Below, one piece after another: positions 12,512 through 21,655 of a stretch of 32,000 nucleotides of DNA. The stretch lies in contig NZ_AP012549.1 of the NCBI RefSeq assembly GCF_000829235.1, positions 1,500,001-1,532,000 of the forward strand, given 5' to 3'. The stretch's first letter is position 1; each line of letters begins with the position of its first letter. The position numbers and the translations under genes are program-made. The notes beneath the pieces are model-generated. The model was not told the origin of the DNA. It ran no database searches and worked only from the letters and a program-made list of their open reading frames with translations. Source of the DNA: a cyanobacterium endosymbiont of Epithemia turgida isolate EtSB Lake Yunoko. GTDB taxonomy: Bacteria; Cyanobacteriota; Cyanobacteriia; Cyanobacteriales; Microcystaceae.

Positions 12512-13267
12512 TCTTGTATTTGAGTGAGTTGATTGTTTCTCAAAATCAAAGATTATATAGTGAATTAATCCAATTTAGTCAACTCACTCAAGTTCTTCTA
12601 TTAAGACTTGTAAAGGTAATTTTCGAGGGAGTTGGAACACATATAAATTTATGGGGTAATTTTTTTGTGTCGACTATATTGACAACTATGAGAAATTTTA
12701 TGCATTGTCATGAACTAAAGTATTGAACTATAATACTTAATTGGAGTACAAAGATTGGGGAATGATAGGCACGACCCCATATAAGAAATATTATTAACTT
12801 TATTTATCCACGAGTGGGAAAGTTCTCTTTTTTATTCGAATGCAAACACATGAATATGATACGGAAGAGCAATATTTGGCTATATTGGAAACTAAACTAT
12901 ATTTAAGAAAAATAGTTTTTATAACCTTATTTATTGCTCAAATAAGTTATATACTTGTGATTTTAAATTAATTATTTATTGAAATACATTATTTTTTTAC
13001 TCTTTATTTTATGGGGCGATGGTTACAGCAAAAGTGCTTAATTTAAAGTTAATTAATGTTACTTTATTACACAATTTCTTGAATGTATTTCTAGTACAGA
13101 AGTGTTAAGTAGAAAACAATTAGTAATCTGTTTTTAATTTATTCTACTCTTTATTTTGATAAAATTTTAAAAAATATTTATTTACTTGAAATAAAAAATT
13201 ATCAATATTGTTATGATAGACAACATCTATCAAATATTTTTTTAAAAAAATTTAACCTTAACGATTT

Positions 13268-13999
13268 ATGATCTGTAACTTATTACCTGACTTCAACGAA
13301 ATTTGGCAAAAAACTCTACATTGGGAACCCACTAAATCACAACTTGAACAATGGGAAAAATTATATCAAGAAATAATATCAGCTAACTGCAAAATCAACC
13401 TGACTAGGATTACTGAACCCAAAGATTTTTGGGAAAAACACTTATGGGATTCTTTGGCAGGTATTGATACAAAAATTATTGATATTAAGTCTTCTTTAAA
13501 AGGAATAGATATTGGTACAGGAGCAGGATTTCCAGGTATTCCAGTAGCTACAATTTATCCTAATTTACAAGTTACTCTTCTTGATTCAAAAATAAAAAAA
13601 ATAAAGTTAATAAACTTAATTTTAGATAAATTAAAGTTTATTAATTGTAAAACATTAATTGGAAGATCAGAGACTATTGGGCAGATAAAAAAATATCGAG
13701 AAACTTATGATTTAGCTTTAATTCGTGCTGTTGGCACACCTTCTGTTTGTACTGAATATGCCTTACCTCTCTTGAAAATTGGAGGAATAGCTGTATTATA
13801 TAGAGGACATTGGCACGATAAAGACAAGTTAACTCTAAAATCTACCGTAGAAAAATTAGGGGGTAAAATTATATCAATCAAAAATGTTGAAACTCCATTA
13901 ACTAAGAGTATTCGTACCTTTATTTATATTAAAAAAATATCTACAACTTCCCAAAAATTTCCTCGTCAAATAGGAATACCTAACCGGAATCCTCTATAA
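13268..13999 (+). CDS. rsmG: 16S rRNA (guanine527-N7)-methyltransferase RsmG (GidB)
   Basis: 243-aa ORF with NLTRI, HLWDSL, the SAM-binding DIGTGAGFPGIP motif, LLDS and IRAV motifs. It is strongly K/I/N-enriched. Confidence 0.9.
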   Translation: MICNLLPDFNEIWQKTLHWEPTKSQLEQWEKLYQEIISANCKINLTRITEPKDFWEKHLWDSLAGIDTKIIDIKSSLKGIDIGTGAGFPGIPVATIYPNLQVTLLDSKIKKIKLINLILDKLKFINCKTLIGRSETIGQIKKYRETYDLALIRAVGTPSVCTEYALPLLKIGGIAVLYRGHWHDKDKLTLKSTVEKLGGKIISIKNVETPLTKSIRTFIYIKKISTTSQKFPRQIGIPNRNPL

Positions 14000-14548
14000 A
14001 TTACACTATTATAAAAAAAAATTTTTAGATATTATTAAGCAAGACTTTTGAAGCTAACTTAACCTTATTAAGACTATCGACTTTAGGTTTTTGATTATTT
14101 TTTCAATGGAGATTTTATCCAAAATTTTTATATTGACATTACTATACAATTTAACATCTCAAAAAACTCTACTATTTGGGAGAAAAAGTCATCAAGAGAG
14201 ATAGAAACACTTACTGTATGGTTGATGTAGAGACTCATACAATTTTTTAAAGATTTTTTTATTTTCAGTAGTGGTATATTAATAGTTCTTAGTTCAAAAC
14301 TTTTCCTTGTTCTGCCCTGTTAGGGCTCACTTTTTGTGAACAGCTTTCTATTTTTGACTTATTTTAAGTTTATCTACTTACCGGTTTTAAATTATTTTTT
14401 TGACTTTAAATTTTATAAAATTTTTTAAATAAATGATTGTTATATTTTTCTCTGTCTTTCAACTTTTAACTAATTAGAGTCTCTTTTGCTGGTTAAAATT
14501 TTAAAATTTTTCTGATCCATAATTTAAGATTAAATGTTGAGATTTACC

Positions 14549-14595
14549 CAAAAAATAAAAGTATAAATGACACTTATTTATACTTTTATTTTTTG
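14549..14595. repeat. 20-bp perfect hairpin, 7-nt loop
   Basis: caaaaaataaaagtataaat gacactt atttatacttttattttttg. The arm complementarity was checked base by base. The U-rich 3' arm makes it terminator-like in both orientations. Confidence 0.9.
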
Positions 14596-15293
14596 TTCTT
14601 ATTTATATACTTGATATTTTGCTTATTAGTTATACATCATAAGTTTTATAAAATAAAATGATATATTTTTTTTATAAAACAATCAAAAAATAACAATATT
14701 GACTCTTTCTAAGAAAACCAAATAAACTTTATGATCTAAAATATTTTTATAGTATAGTAAAATATTAATAATATCTATCTAAAAAATATTAATGATGATG
14801 AGATCAACTAAATAACTAATTATAAATTATTAAATACATTCCCTTTATCTTTAATATATTAAAAATATGTAAAACTTAGCTTTAGTAGATACTATCGGAA
14901 TTTATATTCCACCTGTGTGCTTGAACTATAAAAATCATCTAATATCTTTTTTAAAATAAAAATAAATTCTTGGATCTTGTTTGAGAATAAGTAGATATTA
15001 AAAATATTATTAAAATAATATTTTATATTTAAAGACTTTAAACCTTGAAATAAACATGCTTTTATGATCAATTACATAATCATTAACTAAGATTATTTTC
15101 TTCTTTATTTTTTGTCTATACTTTAGTCTTATAAAGAAATAATCATTTAATTCCCTTTTAAACCTTATAGGATTTTTAAGAATGTAGATTTTCTTGATTT
15201 GTTAATTAACTAAGGAGAATTAGCTATAAAATAATTTAATATTTACAAAGAGTACATAATTGTTATTCTGATAATTACTGGTAAAGACTTTTG

Positions 15294-15367
15294 CTTAAAT
15301 GGTAATATTTTCCTTGAAATATCGCCATTTAAGCCTCTATTTATTACTTCAATAAATAGAGGCTTAA
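15294..15367. repeat. Two overlapping strong hairpins sharing 5 nt
   Basis: Hairpin A is cttaaatgg-ta-atattt tccttg aaatat-cg-ccatttaag (15294-15333). Hairpin B is ttaagcctctatttatt acttc aataaatagaggcttaa (15329-15367, 17 bp perfect). Both use ttaag at 15329-15333, so they are mutually exclusive. Confidence 0.9.
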
Positions 15368-15850
15368 TAATCTTCACAATATTGATCAGCCACTTATAGT
15401 GTCATTTATGTGTTTTTAATCAAATGTTTAAAAACCTAAGCTAGACGAGCTGTAGCAATATTACAATAAATAAAAGCTAAAGGTCTTACCTTACGAAAAT
15501 TATAGAATACCAATAACTTTACTTTTACCAAAATCAATTTTTTATAATTATAGAATAAGATTCTAACAGGAGTTTTAAAAATTATTAGTTATCAGATACT
15601 GATTTATTATACTCAGTCCAGAAAAGGAAAAATTTAGATTATATATATAATCTCTGTCCTGTAGTCCTTTGTTAATATTTTTATCTTGCTTTAGTTTATA
15701 TAAAGAATAACAGGAGAAGAATAGTGTTTGTAACAATATAAAATTAGCAGAAATAAGTATATTAGTCTCAAAATTATTAATTGTTTGGATACATTTGATA
15801 ATTCAGTGAATAATTACTCAGATTTTAATGTGATGAATCTTGAGAATAAA

Positions 15851-15923
15851 CGGGAACGGAGGGACTTGAACCCCCGACACCCAGGACCGGAACCTGGTGC
15901 TCTATCCACTGAGCTACGTACCC
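15851..15923 (-). tRNA. tRNA-Arg (anticodon CCG)
   Basis: The reverse complement is GGGTACG TA GCTC AGTGGATA GAGC A CCAGG TTCCGGT CCTGG GTGTC GGGGG TTCAAGT CCCTC CGTTCCC G. It folds as a 73-nt cloverleaf with anticodon loop TT-CCG-GT. No CCA is encoded. There is one U4-U69 mismatch in the acceptor stem. Confidence 0.9.
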
Positions 15924-15982
15924 ATAGCCAACCCTTAGGATAACATTATCTGTCGTCAGTTGTGGAGAACATGAGTAAAAAC

Positions 15983-16894
15983 TTAACGACGGGTCTTAGG
16001 GTCAAAGGCATCTCGTAAACCATCCCCAACATAGTTAATACTTAAAACAGTTACAAAAATCGCTAACCCTGGGAAAAAAGCCATATGGGGTGACCAGGTC
16101 AAATAATCTTTGGCTTGAAATAACATTTGTCCCCAGGTTGGCATATCGGGAGGAAATCCCAACCCTAAAAAACTTAAAGTAGATTCAGTAACAATTCCAT
16201 TTCCTACCGCCAGAGTCGCTGCAACGATGATAACACTGAAGACATTAGGTATAATATGAACCGAGATTAATCGTAAGGGACTAGCACCCAGGGCAGTCGC
16301 CGCACTCATAAATTCCATTTCCCTTAGTTTTAATACATTTGCTCTTACAAGTCGCGCTAGGGACATCCAATTAAGTCCACCAATGACGATCACAACTAGG
16401 ATAAAGATACCTAACTCAGGTCCAGCAACTATTTTAACTGTATCCCGAAATAAATAAACTACTAGCAATAATAGAGGTAATTGGGGTAACGATAAAAATA
16501 AATCTGTTAAGCGCATCAATAGATTGTCTACTAACCCTCCATACAACCCAGCGATTACCCCGATAGCCGTTCCCCAAAAAATCGCTACTACCATCGCCGT
16601 AATTCCTACAGTTAAAGAAATGCGTCCTCCAAATAACACCCTTGCAAGTTGATCCTGTCCAAGATCATTGGTACCAAAAGGATGTTGCCAACTTGGGGGA
16701 ATAGACGCTTGAGCAAAGTCAATAGTATCGATAGGAACATGATAAAAAAATGGACCAACAACGATACTAGCAATGATAAGACTTAATAAACTTAACCCCA
16801 ATAAAGCCAGCCGGTTACGATAAAATCGCTGCCAGGTATTTTGCCACAAACTATTTGAGGGATAATCTTTCAGTTTTGGGGACTCAAAAGTCAT
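15983..16894 (-). CDS. ABC transporter permease, OppC/DppC family (peptide or nickel type)
   Basis: 303-aa ORF with an N-terminal anchor helix, a GTNDLGQDQLARVLFG(G)R motif, an MSAATALGASPLRLISVHIIPN EAA-loop region, and the C-terminal VGDGLRDAFDPK typical of this family. Confidence 0.85.
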   Translation of the reverse strand: MTFESPKLKDYPSNSLWQNTWQRFYRNRLALLGLSLLSLIIASIVVGPFFYHVPIDTIDFAQASIPPSWQHPFGTNDLGQDQLARVLFGGRISLTVGITAMVVAIFWGTAIGVIAGLYGGLVDNLLMRLTDLFLSLPQLPLLLLVVYLFRDTVKIVAGPELGIFILVVIVIGGLNWMSLARLVRANVLKLREMEFMSAATALGASPLRLISVHIIPNVFSVIIVAATLAVGNGIVTESTLSFLGLGFPPDMPTWGQMLFQAKDYLTWSPHMAFFPGLAIFVTVLSINYVGDGLRDAFDPKTRR

Positions 16895-16895
16895 T

Positions 16896-17843
16896 ATATT
16901 TCTTGCTTTTACCCGACAGAATTTTTAAAGACACCCATCGTAAATAAGTTAGTTCCTATTTAATACTTAACCTTCATCATCTTAATGTTAAGGGACATAA
17001 CTTAAATTTTAAGGAACTTTGTCTTTCTAGCAATTATACTATATTCCCACACACCATTTCATTTTAGTAACTGATGATACTCTTTATTTTGACGGTAATT
17101 ATTAAAAATAAAAATCTTATATCAAAAAGCATAAGCCGTCAAATTAAAGCAATTTAACCTTATATTATCGATGTGCCTTACTTATATAGATGGGAAATCT
17201 TTCTTTTCAAGGAACACTTAGAATTTCAGATAAGAGATGGTATCCCGATATCATTTTTTAAAAATGGGGAGATTATCTAACCTCAGTGTTCTCTAAAAAG
17301 TTGAAGATAACTTAAAACCCACGTTCCTTTTGCTGCGGTTTAATAATTGGTTTTCATTACAAGACTATCTGTGTTGTAGTAAACAAAGTCTATTTTCTCA
17401 CCCTGGGTTGTCCTTCAAGCCTTAGATTGATACTTTATTACTGGTATAAAGACCTTAAAAGTTACTTCTTTTGTCCTCTTGACTACTTAAGCAAAAGGAT
17501 TACGGCAATACGATTTTGTTCTGATAAACATACCGTTTTAGAACAGATATTTAAGCACGTTTCTATATCAAGATAGATTATCCAATTATTTTTGTTGGAT
17601 AAAATTAACTTCATATCTAAAGTCGGTGATAATATCTGAAAACTAACGTAGAGAAAAAATTGATCTCCAGTTCTTGGCTCGCCTTTGTCTTTACACGGCT
17701 GATGTTGTCAATCATTGGCATAAATTTACTTCGACTAATCTAACTCAGATCAAAGCAAATCTAAGGAGGAATAACTTAGTAAAAAGTAAATCTTAGTTGA
17801 GCTAATTTTGTAGAGCAACTGTTAGAAACTTCGAATCTGGCAT
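16896..17843 (-). pseudogene. Decayed OppB/DppB-type partner permease
   Basis: Minus-strand translation gives ...MKTNY*TAAKGTWVLSYLQLFREH*G*IISPFLKNDIGIPSLI... at ~17350-17230. Compare the conserved DY-x-RTARAKG...H-x-x-RNA-x-x-P EAA region. It also gives ...ELTYLRWVSLKIL at ~16955-16915, compared with the C-terminal DL-x-Y-x-x-LDPRIR. A TAATG stop/start overlap with oppC is visible in a shifted frame. The tract length (~950 nt) matches a full-length gene, and there are many stops and frameshifts. Confidence 0.55.
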
Positions 17844-17932
17844 AAATTTAGAGTTCAATAAAAAAATTTTTATTTTTTTATTGAAACAAAAGCTATTTTG
17901 GTTATAAATTTATAAATTACCTTGATTAACTG

Positions 17933-17970
17933 AAAACCCCTATTACTGTTTTTGAATTAAGGTATAGGGG
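17933..17970 (-). terminator. Weak candidate terminator downstream of nfu
   Basis: On the minus strand, cccctat...ataggggtttt forms a 7-bp stem with a 20-nt loop and a T4 run. It starts 16 nt after the nfu stop. Confidence 0.3.
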
Positions 17971-17985
17971 TCTTTCGAGACTATC

Positions 17986-18225
17986 TCACATAATCTGTTC
18001 TACTTCGGCAACTTCAGGAATCATTTCCTTTAGACGTCGTTCAATTCCCATTTTCAAAGTCATAGTTGAACTAGGACAAGATCCGCAAGCACCCTGTAAG
18101 CGAAGTTTAACGATGGGACCGTCAATATCTACGAGTTCCACATTACCACCATCAGCCATCAAGTAGGGGCGCATCTCATCCAAGACTTGTTCCACATTAT
18201 CTCGAGTAAGTGCCATTTCTTCCAT
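17986..18225 (-). CDS. nfu: NifU-like (Nfu) Fe-S cluster scaffold/carrier, C-terminal NifU domain
   Basis: 79-aa ORF with [15 protein letters not shown]...[16 protein letters not shown], carrying the CxxC motif of the Nfu/NifU C-terminal domain. Confidence 0.9.
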   Translation of the reverse strand: MEEMALTRDNVEQVLDEMRPYLMADGGNVELVDIDGPIVKLRLQGACGSCPSSTMTLKMGIERRLKEMIPEVAEVEQIM

Positions 18226-18446
18226 AGTTAACCTCGATCTACCTCATTTCTAAAATCGCTGTCATTGTCATCCTAACGCGAAGCCTGGTATTTGATAAGT
18301 ATTGTTAGTAGCAAATTCTCTCAGACTTGAAAGAGTTATGCTGACAAACAGATATAGGTTTTTCGATAATCGCTTTTTCGTCTAAAATAATGAATATGGA
18401 TAACATTTCATAAACCAATAGTTTAATATTTCCTTTTGTTAAGATT

Positions 18447-19079
18447 TCAGTGCTCAAAAATCTCTCTATATTGTCCAAGATCTAAGTCTACAAAAGTGGG
18501 AATACAATCAAAACAATTTTGGGCTAGTTGCCATCTTTCTTCTCGTTTTAACATAGTCGTTAATTTTTCCTGAATGGATAGTAGATACAAAACATCATTT
18601 GCTGCATAATTCAATTGTGCCTCTGATAAACTAGAAACGTTTCCCCAGTCTGAACTTTGGGGACTTTTATCCAATTCAATACCTTCTAATTCCTGTACTA
18701 AATTTTTTAATCCATGAGAATTAGTATAAGTACGAGCTAATTTACTAGCAATTTTGGTACAGAAAATTGGTTTAGTATGAATTTTAAAAGAATACAATAA
18801 TTGCGCCACATCAAATCGTGCATAATGGAAAACCTTAATAACTTTTCTAGATTCCATTAACTGTTTTAAATTGGGGGCTTCTGTCTGTCCTATTCTAATG
18901 CGAATAGCCGTAACAAATCCATCAGAATCACATAATTGGATTAAACAGAGACGATCACGTTGGGGAATTAAGCCCATGGTTTCTGTATCTACCGCAATAG
19001 ATGTAGTGGTTGAATAGCGACGTAAAGTATCATCAGATAAATCACAATCTTCAACTTGAAAATTTGTTAAATTTAACAT
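18447..19079 (-). CDS. RNase D-like 3'-5' exonuclease (DEDD family)
   Basis: 210-aa ORF with the ExoI-like motif IAVDTETMGL, FHYARFD, and YAANDVLYL (ExoIII, DEDDy). Confidence 0.8.
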   Translation of the reverse strand: MLNLTNFQVEDCDLSDDTLRRYSTTTSIAVDTETMGLIPQRDRLCLIQLCDSDGFVTAIRIRIGQTEAPNLKQLMESRKVIKVFHYARFDVAQLLYSFKIHTKPIFCTKIASKLARTYTNSHGLKNLVQELEGIELDKSPQSSDWGNVSSLSEAQLNYAANDVLYLLSIQEKLTTMLKREERWQLAQNCFDCIPTFVDLDLGQYREIFEH

Positions 19080-20195
19080 AAAAAAGTTAAGTTGGTAATA
19101 GCTTGATAAAACTTTTAAAAAGCTGTTGAATTAACCAGGTAAAGGCTTAAAATCATCTAATAGCTAGATGTAGTTAATTAAAATTTAACTCACTAAATCT
19201 AGTCTACACTATTTTAGTAGTGTAACACAAAAGGCTTTGTTTAAAAAAATCAAGTCATATTCAACTGAATATTTATAATTCACTAAGAAAATTGAAAACC
19301 TGACAATTTTTGTGAAAGCTATTCCTTTGTTAAAATTCAATTTGTTTAGTTCTAATTTTTATATTATTTTTATAATCAAGTTGTAAACAAAGTTATTAAA
19401 AGTCTAGTTATTCAATTTTTATAACTTATTTTTTTATTAATGATCACCATAGATAGTATATCAAAGTAATTGTGTGAGTTAAACAAAGTTTATCTAGAAA
19501 GTAGCCGGCAATTTTTACTCACTTTATTCAGTACCTTATGAATTTTTATAAATCTAGATTTAATAAAGTGTAAATAGTTAGAAACTATTATCTTATATTC
19601 AAAAATAATCATCTCTGAATAAAATTTTATAATATAGTATTTAAACTAAAATTTAAGCTTTTTATTTGAAAAATATTTAGTTATCTTTTACAAATTCAAA
19701 ATTACTATAATACATAGTAATTATCTTAAATTTTTTATATAGCTTATGTTATAGTTGACTTGTCAATACGTAGTCACAAGTATAGTATAGTGACTAATGG
19801 ATTTGAGTTCTTATTGATTAATTTGGTAAGTCAAGGGAATTAAAGATTATACAAAAGTTGTTTATAATTGATTTTCTCCTAGATAATTAATTCGCTAACT
19901 GAAAAAAAACTAGGAGCAGTTAAGCTGAAAAGAGAAGGTCTTTCCAGAATATAGTTTGGATGAATTTCTTCAAGTTAGGGTAATTTATTTAGAAACTAAT
20001 CATTGGCTAAACTTTCTGCTATTTAAAGATAATCATGCTAGAAGGTTAAACAAAAAATCAATTATAAAATCAGAGACTATAGATAGTAATCAATAGCTAA
20101 AATAGATTATTAATTGTTGTTTGATAAACGTAATGATCTTTCGGAAAAACTGCTAATTATAGTAAATAAACAGTTTACCCTTATCTTGAATAAAA

Positions 20196-20807
20196 ATGAT
20201 ATCATCAGACCTAATTACTTATCCTATCGTAGAAACCTTTCATTCAATCCAAGGAGAGGGAGCATGGATGGGGGTAAGTGCATTTTTTATTCGTTTGGCT
20301 GGATGTGATGTTCATTGTTCTTGGTGCGATCAAAAAGAGTCCTGGACAGTTAAACCCTATCCACTAAGGACTGTAGAAGAGTTAGCAAAGTTAGCGAAAC
20401 AAAGTAACCCTCTCATTGTTGTTATTACAGGGGGAGAACCTTTGATTCACAATTTAGATCCCTTGACAGATAAATTAAGGAGGTTAGGGTTGCGAGTTCA
20501 CTTAGAAACATCAGGAACACATCCATTTAGTGGTAGTTTCGATTGGGTAACTTTTTCACCGAAGCCGTTAAGTCTACCCAATGAAAGTATTTATAGCCAG
20601 ACTAATGAATTAAAAATAGTTATTGCATCAGAATTAGATTTACAATGGGGACAGCAAGAGGCTAAAAAAGTCTCTTCGGGTACGATTAAGTATTTACAGC
20701 CAGAATGGAATAGTCATGAAAGTAAACAACTAATTTATGATTTTATTTTGCAATGTTCCGACTGGCGGATTAGTGTGCAAATCCACAAATTTTTAGATTT
20801 TAGGTGA
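20196..20807 (+). CDS. queE: 7-carboxy-7-deazaguanine synthase (radical SAM)
   Basis: 203-aa ORF with FHSIQGEG and the radical-SAM cluster motif CDVHCSWCD (CxxxCxxC), plus ITGGEPL. Confidence 0.9.
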   Translation: MISSDLITYPIVETFHSIQGEGAWMGVSAFFIRLAGCDVHCSWCDQKESWTVKPYPLRTVEELAKLAKQSNPLIVVITGGEPLIHNLDPLTDKLRRLGLRVHLETSGTHPFSGSFDWVTFSPKPLSLPNESIYSQTNELKIVIASELDLQWGQQEAKKVSSGTIKYLQPEWNSHESKQLIYDFILQCSDWRISVQIHKFLDFR

Positions 20808-21102
20808 ATGTAAGTGGAATTTCGCCACCTCAATCGGAAAAGTTATTTAATTCTACACTAACTTAAAATCATTATGAGAAAGTGTTGCTGAACGTTAGTA
20901 AATCTAATTTTTAAGATCATTAGTTAAATTCTGATGACTTTTTGAGAAAATATATATAGCGGCTGAATTTATAGTATTACGTATTATGGTTAAGAAATTA
21001 ATAATTATTAGAAGATTTTGCAAGTTTGTGCACTGTCCACCTCACAACAAGGTATTATTATTACATAATACGGTATTTTAATGAAAAATTGCCATAAATT
21101 TG

Positions 21103-21161
21103 GTATCAAAGATCAGCCAAGAGTAGTTTAGTGGTTACGGCTCTTGACTGATCTTTGATAC
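21103..21161. repeat. 21-bp-arm hairpin (1 mismatch), 17-nt loop
   Basis: gtatcaaagatcagccaagag tagtttagtggttacgg ctcttgactgatctttgatac. The single mismatch is at 21117/21147. Confidence 0.9.
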
Positions 21162-21606
21162 TTCTCCCGACGATTCGTGTAAGGATATAACTCTGGTCTC
21201 TCTACTCCACAACGAAAGGTTACTTTTTTAGTGATCTTTATCTCAGATAAAAGATATTGCAATTTATCCATACTCTACCCAGATACTCCTAAAGTCAGTA
21301 CTAACGAATATCTATCAGCTGTAAGTACATCGTTTTTAAATCACCAAAAAACTTTTCTTACTTGCTTCCTGGCTTCTCAGTATGATCAACTGTCTAACAT
21401 AATCTGTAATCTATGAATGCCTGTTTTCATTAGCTAACTTGAGGAAGTCAGTTCTTCAACTTCTTATCTTGTTTTAGAAGAAATTGCCATATTTGCTATA
21501 TATCTAATTTTTCTAATTTATTAGTCAAGCTCTAAGCGTATTTTTATACTAACATCAAGATATTGTAAATATTTCCCTATGTTTTGAGAAGTACCACAAG
21601 TCTACA

Positions 21607-21624
21607 GCGCGGGGATTCCCGCGC
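21607..21624. repeat. Short all-G/C-stem hairpin
   Basis: gcgcggg gatt cccgcgc. It lies 32 nt beyond the stop of the minus-strand SPFH gene. It is the most G+C-rich 18 nt I noticed in the non-coding parts of the window. Confidence 0.85.
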
Positions 21625-21655
21625 ATAAGCTAGTTAATATTAAATTAAATAAAAG

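Noticed and set aside
12803-12811. DnaA-box-like 9-mers (TTATCCACG here, TGTGGATAT at ~25676, TGTTCCACA at ~26432), considered as an oriC signal
   Set aside because: They are single, imperfect, widely separated matches with no cluster and no adjacent dnaA or dnaN. That many are expected by chance in 32 kb.
20100-20195. Possible preQ1 riboswitch upstream of queE (A-rich ...ggaaaaactgc...)
   Set aside because: There is no P1 hairpin and no conserved preQ1-I/II core ahead of the A-rich tail. Likewise, no FMN (RFN) element core is visible upstream of ribH (8498-8700, minus strand).
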